In this document: positions 18,901-26,437 of the stretch, in pieces
Layout of the letters: the number at the start of each line of letters is the position of its first letter
How positions within the stretch are numbered: position 1 is the first letter of the stretch
Assembly (NCBI GenBank): GCA_041487215.1
Contig: JBGPMX010000003.1
Span: 1-32,828 of the forward strand
From: Planctomycetia bacterium
GTDB lineage: Bacteria; Planctomycetota; Planctomycetia; JALXBF01; JBGPMX01
DNA: 32,828 nucleotides
Direction: 5' to 3'
Made by a program: the position numbers and the translations under genes
Notes under the pieces: model-generated
The model's database searches: none
Told to the model about the DNA's origin: nothing
Seen by the model: the letters and a program-made list of their open reading frames with translations, nothing else

Positions 18901-20721
18901 CACCCGTGCGATCCCGTCCTCGCTCGCGGTCACCACCCGTCGCCCGTCGGGGCTGAATGCCGCGTGCCAGGCGGCACGATCGTGGAACCAGATCTCGACC
19001 AGCTTGGGGCTCCGCATCCAGACAGCGGCCAGGCGCATGCGGTGCATCTCTTGCCGCGCCGGGTCTTGCTTATCGAGCCCCATGGCGCGGACGAACCAGG
19101 GGATCGCGGCGAAGAAGTCCCCCTCGTTCGTGAACCGCACCCCATTGGCGATGCTCAGCCGCACCAATTGTTCGGTGGCCTCGTCGCGCTGCCGCACGGC
19201 CTCGACCCGCGCGCGCGCGATCAGCACCGTGCTGGCCGCGAGACCAAGAACCGCCGCGACCAGCAGCCCGGCTGCGAGCAGCACCGCCGTCTTGTGCCGC
19301 CGCGACCACTTGGCGAGCCGCTGCGCCACCGTGGGACGTCCGGCCCGAACCGGCTTGTCCTCGATGAAGCGTCTCAGGTCATCTGCCAGCTCCGCCGCCG
19401 CGGCGTAGCGCTCCGAGGGCACCTTGGCCATCGCCTTCAACACGATAGTCTCGAGATCGCGTGGGATGCGCCGGTCAAGCCGGCGCGGCGGTAGTGCTTC
19501 GGCCTCGGCCACCTGCTTGATGAGACGTGCACGGTCCGGCTCGTCGAACGCCGGGCGCGCGGTCAAGAGCTCGTAGAGCGTCAGCCCCAGGCCGTAGATG
19601 TCGCTGCGTGGGTCCGACCATCCCTGGAACCGCTCGGGCGCCATATATCGCAGGGTCCCAAGCAGGTCGCCGGTGTGCGTGAGCTCATCGGCTCCCTCCG
19701 CCTTGGCGAGGCCGAAGTCGGTCACCCAGACGGTGCCGTGCCTGTCGAGCAGCAGGTTCGAAGGCTTGATGTCGCGGTGCAGCACGCCGTTTTGGTGCGC
19801 ATAGGCAAGGGCCTCGGCGGCCTGGATGCCGATGCGTGCGACGCTGTAGAAATACTGCCGGCGCGAACCTGCCGCGCTGGGGATGTCCGACGAGCCGGGC
19901 AGCGCCGGCGCCGTTCCACGCCTGGGTCGACCGACCCCTGTACCGGGCTCGGACCCGTCCGAAGACGCTTGCGTGGTGCCCGGGTCAGGCTCGCGCGCCG
20001 TATCGGGCGCCGAGCCATCCGCCGGCGTGAATTTTCCGGTGAGCAATCGCCGCGCAAGGCCGGCGCTATCGGCGTCCCATGCCCGCGAGGTCGCAGTGCC
20101 GCCGGGCCCCGCGGTTGCACCCATCCGGGCCATCTCGCCCAGCAGCTGATCGAGGCCCCAGCCGTCGATGAACTGCATGGCGTAAAAATGCGCCGCCCCC
20201 TGCTCGCCGACGCCGAACACCGGCACGATGTTGCCGTGGTGCAAGCGGGCGGCGGCGCGCGCCTCGCGATGGAACCGGCGCACGTGGTCCCGGTCCATCA
20301 GTAGTTGCGCCGGCAGTACTTTGAGCGCCACGTGTCGGCCGAGCGATTGCTGCTCGGCCTCGTAAACGACGCCCATGCCGCCCCGGCCGATCTCGCGGAT
20401 GATCCGGTAATCGCCCAGCATGCTGCCGGCCGGCTGCGCGGGCCCCGGGCGGCGGGAACCGGATCCGCTGGCGGGCCGCAACTCGCAAAGTCGCTCGATC
20501 AAGCCCTCGACCGCCTCGCTATCCGGGCCCGCGCCGAGCGGCGCCTGCGCCCGGAGCGGCCCCAGCAGCTTGTCGGTGTCCGTGAGTGCGTCCACCGCCT
20601 TGGCGCAGCGATCGCACTCGAGCAGATGCCGCGCCATCGGTTCCGCCTCGACATCCGAGCTCTCGCCGAACGTGAACCGGCGGAGGGCTTCGGCGTCAGG
20701 GCAACCGGACGGTAGCTGCAC
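15883..20721 (-). CDS. Membrane-anchored Hanks-type Ser/Thr kinase with N-terminal zinc anti-sigma (HxxxCxxC) motif, 16 WD40 repeats and C-terminal TPRs (~1612 aa)
   Basis: GTG at 20721 with GGAG RBS. CPD...RHLLECDRC. Kinase motifs [32 protein letters not shown]. One TM segment ([24 protein letters not shown]). 16 FSPDGxxVVTASxDxTARVWD units. TPR-like [11 protein letters not shown]. Confidence 0.95.
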   Translation of the reverse strand: MQLPSGCPDAEALRRFTFGESSDVEAEPMARHLLECDRCAKAVDALTDTDKLLGPLRAQAPLGAGPDSEAVEGLIERLCELRPASGSGSRRPGPAQPAGSMLGDYRIIREIGRGGMGVVYEAEQQSLGRHVALKVLPAQLLMDRDHVRRFHREARAAARLHHGNIVPVFGVGEQGAAHFYAMQFIDGWGLDQLLGEMARMGATAGPGGTATSRAWDADSAGLARRLLTGKFTPADGSAPDTAREPDPGTTQASSDGSEPGTGVGRPRRGTAPALPGSSDIPSAAGSRRQYFYSVARIGIQAAEALAYAHQNGVLHRDIKPSNLLLDRHGTVWVTDFGLAKAEGADELTHTGDLLGTLRYMAPERFQGWSDPRSDIYGLGLTLYELLTARPAFDEPDRARLIKQVAEAEALPPRRLDRRIPRDLETIVLKAMAKVPSERYAAAAELADDLRRFIEDKPVRAGRPTVAQRLAKWSRRHKTAVLLAAGLLVAAVLGLAASTVLIARARVEAVRQRDEATEQLVRLSIANGVRFTNEGDFFAAIPWFVRAMGLDKQDPARQEMHRMRLAAVWMRSPKLVEIWFHDRAAWHAAFSPDGRRVVTASEDGIARVWDTETGEPVTPPLRHAARLAHAAFSPDGSLVVTAAADSTTRVWDAATGEPRSAPLKQGDAIRHACFSPDGRRVATASRDGTAQVWDVATSAPVGPPLRHRAAVAYVSFSPNGDRVVTASGDFTARVWSSDTGEPITPPLAHSTFVNQASFSPDGRRVVTAAGGFGGPGEARLWDAQTGEPCAPPLKHLEGVITASFSPDGRRVVTASWDWTAAVWNTESGTLVTLSPLRHSAAVLKASFSPDGRRVVTASYDGTARVWDAATGEPVSPSLRHGSFVLCAAFAPDGRRVLTSSWDRTTRLWDLATSDRLLPPLRHRGAVSHAAFSPNGHLVLTASEDGTAQLWDAATSQPAGPPLRHRGAVTHASFSPDGSRVVTASADRTARVWDTLTGQPLSFFTLHGAAVQHASFSPDGRLIVTASDDGTARVWDAVTAQPTSGPLKHQDRVRDASFSPDGRLVVTASYDHTARLWDVATGAELKSFPNDNWVEHASFSPDGHRVVTACWDGSLEEREAQVWDVETGDRVGSPLRHRDGVLAASFSPQGDRIVTASEDSTARVWDAETGRATTPPLMHGSHVIHVLFSRDGRRLVTACHNGTARVWDASTGEPVTPILKHKSRVGYAEFSPDGRRIVTASWDGTAQVWQLPCDAHSVADLQRLAPLVAAHQIDHTGGLVPIDSATTREAWQTLRTQYPADVIASPDAVTAWHRYEADDCLRGGQWSAAAFHLDRLIAAAPSQWQHYADRARVYAAGGDWQQAAAAYAAALDRGADEPAVRQQAGSAFRRAGDIYLRRGEDAPARDAYGRAVTVFERLAADFPDTIGYADELIVSLDRLGSCLETTGRPEEAARTRDSADELLRSVRERIAAQLLEPLGPEPNSAEACNSSAWHLVTGQDHQSHDPVLAVRLARRAVELSPHDGYSWNTLGIAYYRAIDWESAVAALERSVELQGGHSFDFFFLAMAHWRLGDRDAARRWYDQAVEWMNTNKPDDVELLGFRAEAEALLGTGSV

Positions 20722-20782
20722 GGTATCACTCCGGGGACCGCGCGCGGGCCGGCCGCCCAGGCAGAACGATCCAGCAAGAAAG

Positions 20783-20808
20783 TATGCGCGATCGCGGGCG
20801 GACCTGTC
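20783..20808 (-). promoter_or_regulatory. Putative ECF-sigma promoter of the kinase gene (GACAGGT-N12-GCGCATA)
   Basis: Minus strand GACAGGT ccgcccgcgatc GCGCATA, ending about 61 nt before the GTG. Identical boxes to 15606-15631. Confidence 0.7.
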
Positions 20809-20880
20809 CCGGCTTCCGGAAGAAAACGGGCGGCTCTGCGGTTGCCGGGCCCCACGCACCGAAAGGCGGCCGAGCGCCCA

Positions 20881-21444
20881 TCATTCCAGCAAACCTTTGA
20901 GCTCCTGGTGCAACCGCCGTAGTACACGCGACTTCGCGAGATAGACGGCGTTCACGCTCATGCCCAGTTCGGCCGCGACTGCGGCGGCCGGCCGGCTCCC
21001 CACCACGCACTCCCAGCACGCCTTCCAGGTGGTCGGTTCGAATTCCTGCTGCATGAGCTTCAGTGCGCGGCCGACGAGGTAGCGGCGGTACTCGAACTCG
21101 TCGAAGTCGTCGGTCTCCGGCGCACGCAGATCGGCAATGGGCGGGTCGGTCGGCCCGGCCGTCGGCAGGGCGCGGCGACGCCGCTGCTCGCGCCACTTGT
21201 TCCGCGTCACGGTGCGCAGCCAGCCTCGGAAACTCTTCTCCGGGTCGTACGCGAAGCCAGGCAGCTTTTGCACGAGCACGAGCAGCACTTCCTCGACAAG
21301 ATCGGCGGCGTCCTCCGGTCCCAAGCCCACACGACGCGACCAGGAATAGAGCAGCGGTGTATAGAGCTTGACGAAGCGCGACCATGCCTCCTGTTCGGAA
21401 GGCTGCCGCAGGCGTTCGAGCAGGCTTACCGAGGTGGTGTACAT
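20881..21444 (-). CDS. ECF-family RNA polymerase sigma factor, planctomycete kinase-associated type
   Basis: 187 aa with sigma2 (AWSRFVKLYTPLL...EDAADLVEEV...SFRGWLRTVTRN) and sigma4 HTH (AAVAAELGMSVNAVYLAKSRVLRRL). N-terminal TSVSLLERLR. Directly upstream of a Ser/Thr kinase. Confidence 0.95.
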   Translation of the reverse strand: MYTTSVSLLERLRQPSEQEAWSRFVKLYTPLLYSWSRRVGLGPEDAADLVEEVLLVLVQKLPGFAYDPEKSFRGWLRTVTRNKWREQRRRRALPTAGPTDPPIADLRAPETDDFDEFEYRRYLVGRALKLMQQEFEPTTWKACWECVVGSRPAAAVAAELGMSVNAVYLAKSRVLRRLHQELKGLLE

Positions 21445-21515
21445 GGGGCAGGCGACGGCCCGATCCTGTGCGCAGACGGCGAGAGCCGCGGCTGACGGGC
21501 GGGGCGACGCCCGCC

Positions 21516-21544
21516 AGTATAGACCGGCGCGCGAGCAGAGTCAT
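21516..21544 (-). promoter_or_regulatory. sigma70-like promoter of the ECF gene (ATGACT-N17-TATACT)
   Basis: Minus strand ATGACT ctgctcgcgcgccggtc TATACT. The spacer is 17 nt, and the -10 ends about 71 nt before the ATG. Confidence 0.6.
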
Positions 21545-21570
21545 ACGAACGAAGCTTCCGGCGGCGCTGC

Positions 21571-21696
21571 TGCGGTGTACAGATGCTCGTCCGTGTCAAC
21601 TGGGAATGCCTTGAAGCGGGACGGATACACATGCCCGTAGCCGACTCGCCCCCGATGCAACCGCCAACGCCGGACGTGGGTTGTCCCCAGGCGCTG
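21571..21696 (-). pseudogene. Internal fragment of a Y1 HUH transposase (RAYT / IS200-like)
   Basis: Translates as QRLGTTHVRRWRLHRGRVGYGHVYPSRFKAFPVDTDEHLYTA, matching the RAYT segment TH..RW..H....GH(V/L)YQxRFKxFPV..DEH. The HUH motif and the catalytic Y(V/I)ERN part are absent. Confidence 0.75.
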
Positions 21697-21748
21697 GTCC
21701 GTGGCGCCCGATGCTGCGCTGATCCTACCCACCCGGTTGAATCAGTCC

Positions 21749-21777
21749 CTCGGTAGCAGAGCAGACCCTGCTGCGAG
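21749..21777. terminator. Imperfect hairpin just downstream of the HD hydrolase gene (terminator or REP remnant)
   Basis: CTCGGTAGCAG...CTGCTGCGAG pairing, 12 nt past the stop codon. No clear U-tract. Confidence 0.3.
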
Positions 21778-21789
21778 AGTTGTGGCGCC

Positions 21790-22302
21790 TCACCTAGCCA
21801 GGGCCGCCAACAATTCCGTGATCGCCTGTTCGAGCACGGGGCAGGCGCCCCGCAGCGATTCCAGCAAACGAGGGGTTTCGCTCACGAGCCGTTTCCGCTT
21901 GCCCGGGTCCGTCGTGCCGCTCTCGAGGTTATCCAGTCGGTCCGCCAGCTTGATGAGCTTCGCCTCGCGGGACGCGCTGGCCATGCGGCGGATCATGTCC
22001 TCATGACGTTCGCGCTTCGGCAGCCGGCTGTCGTTGGTCAATTCCGCGACAATCCGCGCCACCCGCTCCCCGAACGCCTCGGCCAGCTCGTCGTGGCGCG
22101 TCCCCGAGTCCTCGATCGTATCGTGTAGGACGGCCGCGCAGAGGATCTCGACGTCCTCGCATCCCGCCCGCCGCCTCAGATGCTCGGCCACGCGGAGCGG
22201 GTGCACGATATAATCCGTCTCGCCGCCTGCCTCGTGGCGCTTCTGGCCGCGATGCTGCTCGAAGGCGAAGACCACCGCGCTCGCGTACAGCCTGTAATCC
22301 AC
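21790..22302 (-). CDS. Mesh1-like small alarmone hydrolase (RelA/SpoT HD domain only)
   Basis: Motifs HRGQKR, YIVHP, AAVLHDTIED, VAELTND, KLADRLDNL. 170 aa with no synthetase domain. Confidence 0.88.
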   Translation of the reverse strand: MDYRLYASAVVFAFEQHRGQKRHEAGGETDYIVHPLRVAEHLRRRAGCEDVEILCAAVLHDTIEDSGTRHDELAEAFGERVARIVAELTNDSRLPKRERHEDMIRRMASASREAKLIKLADRLDNLESGTTDPGKRKRLVSETPRLLESLRGACPVLEQAITELLAALAR

Positions 22303-22420
22303 GCGACTCCCCGAGCTGTGCTGAGGCGCTCCTCGCCCCGGCGGCAGTTACCCCTCGGGCAACCAGAACGAGCCGAACGAACCATCGGTTTCCGCGAATC
22401 CGGCTGCGGTAACAGGCGGG

Positions 22421-22912
22421 TCAGAACGAGGCGGCGAGATCGGCCTCGGTGAGCACCTCCAGATTGATCCGCTTGAGTGTCTCGACGGCCAGCTCGTGAT
22501 TCTCCACGTGCATCGCCAGCGCGGCGCGCCCGCGCGGGTGAATCATCATCGGGTACGCATAGTGGATGTTAATCTCCGCCTGCAGCAGAGCGGCGCAGAC
22601 ATCGACCAGTGGCTGCTGGATCTCCGGGAGCGCGACGGCCAACAGATCACTCTCGGCGATCGCCAACCCCGCGCGTTCGAGGATCTCGCGCCCCTGCTCG
22701 GGATGGCTCAGAACGAGCCGTACGATCGCACAGTCGGCCGAGTCGATGATCGACAGGGCGACGATGCGCACCTTGGTTTGATCGAAGCGGCGCACCACGT
22801 CGAGCAACTGGCCCACGCGGTTCTCGAGAAACACCGAGAACTGCCGGATGCTTGGCCAATCGCGCGCACGGTCGGTCCGGTAATCCGTCGAAGCTCCAGC
22901 GCCGGTGCTCAT
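22421..22912 (-). CDS. Tandem ACT-domain amino-acid-binding regulatory protein
   Basis: QFSVFLENRVGQLLDV first ACT unit and a second unit with L..V..AL..AEINIHYAY. ATG at 22912 with AAGGGAG RBS. Confidence 0.85.
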   Translation of the reverse strand: MSTGAGASTDYRTDRARDWPSIRQFSVFLENRVGQLLDVVRRFDQTKVRIVALSIIDSADCAIVRLVLSHPEQGREILERAGLAIAESDLLAVALPEIQQPLVDVCAALLQAEINIHYAYPMMIHPRGRAALAMHVENHELAVETLKRINLEVLTEADLAASF

Positions 22913-23082
22913 AGCAGCTCCCTTGCCGATCCGCAGGTCGCCCCATACTCCGAGAAGCTCAACGAGCGGATGAGCTGACCAGTCGCCCGAATGGTGCGGG
23001 AAGAGAGGAACGCCCCCCGAAATCCGCCCGTGTTGGTTGCGCCGTAACGATATGCGAAACCGGGGCATCGGTCAATGGTCCA

Positions 23083-23493
23083 CTAGCGCCCGAGCCCCTC
23101 GTTCGCCTCGCGAATCGCCTGCCCGAGCATGCCCGAGTAGCTCCCCACCACTACCGCGATGTCTAACAGAAACACCGCGACGGCCAGGAGCCATACCAGG
23201 TAGCGCGCGGGTCGGATCAGGAGCGGCAGGACGAAACCGGCCAGCGCCGCGGCGGCAGTGGCCCAGGCGGCCGTATCACCGTGCGTGCGCAAAATACGAG
23301 ACGCCTTCAGGACACTCGCTTGCCACCCCGACTCGCCCGATGCCGCCGACCGCGTGTCGGTCACGCGCTCGACCGCCGGCACGACCAGACTCAGCAACAG
23401 GTAAAGCACGCCGAGACCGGCAGCGAGGTAGAGCGACGCCAGGGTGAACCGGCTCCGCCGCATTCGTGCAACAGCCGGGCGGGCGCTGCCCAT
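23083..23493 (-). CDS. Hypothetical membrane protein (~136 aa, about 3 TM helices)
   Basis: C-terminal part of the 498-aa track ORF. ATG at 23493 preceded by GGGAGA. Three hydrophobic segments. The upstream part of that ORF is an off-frame overlap of folD. Confidence 0.7.
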   Translation of the reverse strand: MGSARPAVARMRRSRFTLASLYLAAGLGVLYLLLSLVVPAVERVTDTRSAASGESGWQASVLKASRILRTHGDTAAWATAAAALAGFVLPLLIRPARYLVWLLAVAVFLLDIAVVVGSYSGMLGQAIREANEGLGR

Positions 23494-23569
23494 GGTCGGT
23501 TTCTCCCAATGAGCGGTTCCGCGATGCGGTGCCGACACACCAGGACTAGGTTGTGTCCGGTGTTTGGAT

Positions 23570-23629
23570 ACTAGCCCGACGCGCCAGCGAGGCACAACGT
23601 CCCTGCTGGGGATTCCCTCGCTAGCCCGG
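23570..23629. repeat. Degenerate planctomycete-type REP doublet (ACTAGCCCGACGCGCCAGCGAGG ... CCTCGCTAG)
   Basis: Left arm intact. The right arm keeps only the CCTCGCT complement of AGCGAGG. Intergenic, downstream of folD. Confidence 0.5.
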
Positions 23630-23663
23630 CACCATGCCATCCGGACCGGGACACAGCTCAGAC

Positions 23664-24539
23664 TCAATCGCTTGTCGCGCGCGTCTGCCGCCGTGCCGCT
23701 TGCACGGTGTTGCTCAGCAGCATGCTGATGGTCATGGGCCCGACCCCCCCCGGCACGGGGCTGATCGCGCCGGCCACCTCTCGGACTGCCTCGAAATCCA
23801 CGTCGCCGACCACGCCCCCCGCCACGCGGTTGATGCCCACGTCGATCACGGTGGCGCCCGGTCGCACCATGCTTGCATTCAGGAATCGCGGCGTGCCGAT
23901 CGCCGTGACGATGATGTCGGCCTGGCGGGTGATGTCGCCGATGTTGCGGGTGCGGCTGTGGCAGACCGTGACGGTCGCATTGGCGCCCGGCCCCTTCTGC
24001 ATGAGGATGAGCGCGAGCGGCTTGCCGACGATGTTGCTCCGTCCCACGACGACCACGTGCGATCCTTCGACCGGGATCGCGCTGCGCAGCAGCATCTGCT
24101 GCACGCCGTGCGGGGTGCACGGGAGAAAGCGCGGCCGGCCGGCGGCGAGCAGGCCGAGGTTCTCCGGGCCGAACCCGTCGACGTCCTTCTCGGGATCGAC
24201 GGCATCGACGATCGCGTCCTCGTCGATCTGCTCGGGCAGGGGCAGCTGCACCAGGATTCCGTGTACCGCGGGGTCCTCGTTGAGCTCGGCGATGAGGTCC
24301 AGCAGCTCGGGCTGCCCGGTGTCCGCGGGGAGCCGGTGCAGGGTGCTGCGGATGCCGGCCTGCTCGCAGGCCCGCCGCTTGTTGCGCACGTAGATCTGGC
24401 TCGCCGGGTCTTCTCCAACGAGCACGGCGGCGAGACCGGGGGTGAGCCGGCTCTTCGCCTGGAGCTCGCGAACGCGCTCGGCTACCTCGGCCCGGATAGT
24501 CTCTGCCAGCTTGCTGCCGTCGATGATCTGAGCGGTCAC
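23664..24539 (-). CDS. folD: Bifunctional methylenetetrahydrofolate dehydrogenase/cyclohydrolase
   Basis: IIDG, YVRNK, GILVQLPLP, KDVDGF, PCTP, GRSNIVGKP, IDVGINR, PVPGGVGPMT. GTG start overlaps the cobB stop (GTGA). Confidence 0.97.
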   Translation of the reverse strand: MTAQIIDGSKLAETIRAEVAERVRELQAKSRLTPGLAAVLVGEDPASQIYVRNKRRACEQAGIRSTLHRLPADTGQPELLDLIAELNEDPAVHGILVQLPLPEQIDEDAIVDAVDPEKDVDGFGPENLGLLAAGRPRFLPCTPHGVQQMLLRSAIPVEGSHVVVVGRSNIVGKPLALILMQKGPGANATVTVCHSRTRNIGDITRQADIIVTAIGTPRFLNASMVRPGATVIDVGINRVAGGVVGDVDFEAVREVAGAISPVPGGVGPMTISMLLSNTVQAARRQTRATSD

Positions 24540-25318
24540 GAGGTCGTTTCCTGCGTTCCTTGTTGGACGCGGAGCGCACGGACGCGCCCCACCAGGTCGG
24601 GAAGAATCACGCCGGCCTGCCCGTACAGTCCGAGCGCGGCGATGTCGCGCGCGGGCGTGGGCTCGGTGTTGATCTCGATCACGCGCGAGCCGGCCTGCGC
24701 GGCACGCCACGCCAGGCTCGCCGCCGGCTGTACCACGGCGCTGGTGCCCACGACAAGCAGGCAATCGCTCTCGGCCACCGCACGCTCGGCCTGTTCCCAC
24801 ACGCCTGGCGGCAGCGGCTCGCCGAACCACACCACGCCGGGGCGCAGCAGTGCGCCGCACGCCGTGCAGCGAGGCAGGGCGCCGAGTGCCTCGCGGCTCG
24901 TGTGCTCTCCCCTGCACCCGGTACAGCGCACCACCCAGATGTTCCCGTGCAGCTCGAGCAGCCGCGCGCTGCCCGCACGCGCGTGCAGGCCGTCCACGTT
25001 CTGGGTAACGAGCGTGAATCGGGCCCCCAGCGATTCCAGCTCGGCGAGCGCCCGGTGCCCCGCGTTCGGCTCGACGCCCGCGAGCAGGTCGCGGCGATAG
25101 TTGTAGAACTCCCAGACCAGCGCCGGGTCGCGACGGAAGGCGGTTGGCGTCGCCACGTCTTCGGCCCGGTGGTTCTTCCAGTAGCCCCCTGCGCCGCGAA
25201 ACGTCGGCACCCCGCTCTCGTCCGACACCCCCGCGCCGGTAAGCGCGGCTACCGACCGAGCGGCTGCAAGCAACCGCGCAGCACCGTCGAGCAAGCTCGG
25301 ATCAACGACCCCGCTCAT
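24536..25318 (-). CDS. cobB: NAD-dependent protein deacylase (class III sirtuin)
   Basis: TGAGVSDESGVPTFRG, TQNVDGLH, LHG, CxxC...CxxC zinc ribbon, RPGVVWFGE, VGTS, INTE. YxxR (FYNYRR) desuccinylase signature. Confidence 0.95.
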   Translation of the reverse strand: MSGVVDPSLLDGAARLLAAARSVAALTGAGVSDESGVPTFRGAGGYWKNHRAEDVATPTAFRRDPALVWEFYNYRRDLLAGVEPNAGHRALAELESLGARFTLVTQNVDGLHARAGSARLLELHGNIWVVRCTGCRGEHTSREALGALPRCTACGALLRPGVVWFGEPLPPGVWEQAERAVAESDCLLVVGTSAVVQPAASLAWRAAQAGSRVIEINTEPTPARDIAALGLYGQAGVILPDLVGRVRALRVQQGTQETTS

Positions 25319-25390
25319 CCGCTACGCACCCCGCTTTTCACGCTTGTCGCCCGAATATACAGAAGACGCCCCTCGCCGTGCGAGGGCAGC

Positions 25391-25537
25391 GGAGGATGTG
25401 AGCCTGGTCAAATCAACGAGAATCTTCGTCAGTACGTGCTGTCGCGGCCCGTCCACACGGTTGAACTTGCGAGCGGACCTCCCGGTGAGCGACATTTACC
25501 TGAGCGGCAGGCCGAGTCCATAATGCCTGGCTCCTCC
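25391..25537 (+). ncRNA. 6S RNA-like rod-shaped structured RNA (candidate)
   Basis: Nested pairings GGAG/CTCC, GAGCC/GGCTC, then an A/T-rich unpaired bubble, then TCAG/CTGA, TGTCGC/GCGACA and GTCC/GGAC. A small alternative CCTG-AGCGG-CAGG hairpin lies on the 3' side. Strand and ends are uncertain. Confidence 0.5.
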
Positions 25538-25563
25538 ACCGGAGCCGTTCGGGAGAATCCAAG

Positions 25564-26136
25564 ATGAACCGCGAGGATGCTCTGGCGCTCGTTCGCGAGC
25601 ACACCAAGAACGAGAACCTGGTCAAGCACATGATGGCCGTTGAAGCGGCGATGCGGGCGTACGCACGGCGCTACGGCGAGGACGAGGACAAGTGGGGGAT
25701 CGTCGGCCTGCTGCACGACTTCGACTACGAGCGCTGGCCCAACCCGCCCGACCACCCGCTCCAGGGTGCCGAGATCCTCCGCGCACGCGGCTACCCGGAG
25801 GACGTGATCTACGCGATCAAGTCACACGCCGACTACCTGACCGACTGCCCGCGCGCGTCGCGTCTCGACAAGGCGCTCTACGCGTGCGACGAGCTGGCCG
25901 GGCTGATTACGGCGGCGGCGCTGGTGCGGCCGACGGGCATCACGGACCTCGAGGCGTCCAGCGTCAAAAAGAAGATGAAGCAGAAGAGCTTCGCAGCGAA
26001 CGTGAACCGTGAGGACATCGCGCGCGGCGCCGCCGACCTGGGCGTGGACCTCACCGAACACATCCAGTTCGTGATCGACGCGATGAAGACGATCGCAGAC
26101 GAACTGGGGCTGCGCGGCACCGGCCAGGGCGTCTAG
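25564..26136 (+). CDS. HDIG/HD-domain phosphohydrolase (COG2316-like)
   Basis: LVKHMMAVEAAM, GLLHDFDYE, HPLQG, AIKSH, ACDELAGLI, FAANVNREDI. GGGAGA RBS. Confidence 0.9.
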   Translation: MNREDALALVREHTKNENLVKHMMAVEAAMRAYARRYGEDEDKWGIVGLLHDFDYERWPNPPDHPLQGAEILRARGYPEDVIYAIKSHADYLTDCPRASRLDKALYACDELAGLITAAALVRPTGITDLEASSVKKKMKQKSFAANVNREDIARGAADLGVDLTEHIQFVIDAMKTIADELGLRGTGQGV

Positions 26137-26164
26137 CCCCCTCCCGTACCTGACTTCCCCGGGT

Positions 26165-26345
26165 TGCGGTCCCCTCGCCCCTGCGCCCACGGATCACGCG
26201 GACAGTCGGCAGTCCGCAGTCGGCAGGCATTCATAAGTCGTCGGTCGGTTTTGTCATCCTGAGCCGGCGAGGAACGAGCAGCGAAGGATCTCGGTGCTTC
26301 GTTATGGTGCGGTCCCCTCGCCCCCGGCGCTCACGGATCATGCGG
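26165..26345. repeat. Pair of ~37-bp imperfect direct repeats enclosing heptamer repeats and a TGTCATCCTGAGC...GCGAAGGATCT REP-like unit
   Basis: TGCGGTCCCCTCGCCCC..GCGCYCACGGATCAYGCGG at 26165-26201 and 26308-26345. (CAGTCSG)x3 at about 26203-26223. REP-like unit at 26252-26291. Confidence 0.7.
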
Positions 26346-26357
26346 CGGAAAGCGCGA

Positions 26358-26414
26358 TGCTGATACCCCCCCTTGTCCCCCCCTTCGGAAGGGGGGGAAG
26401 GGGGGGTATCAGCA
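26358..26414. repeat. Poly-C/poly-G palindromic element (near-perfect 57-nt hairpin)
   Basis: TGCTGATACCCCCCCTT-GT-CCCCCCCTTC-G-GAAGGGGGGG-AAGGGGGGGTATCAGCA. Related copies at 15828-15876 and 26554-26590. Confidence 0.85.
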
Positions 26415-26437
26415 ATCCCACCGCGCCCGATAGGGCC

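Noticed and set aside
16980-18990. Diversity-generating retroelement acting on the WD40 or CARDB repeats
   Set aside because: No reverse transcriptase and no TR/VR pair differing only at adenines were seen.
20722-20859. N-terminal 46-aa extension of the kinase ORF
   Set aside because: It covers the putative promoter. GTG 20721 has an RBS and directly precedes the ZAS motif.
25410-25440. Hammerhead ribozyme core (CUGACGA on the minus strand) or tmRNA 3' end (CTCCACC at about 25534)
   Set aside because: No GAAA after a stem II, and no T-arm or CCA end.
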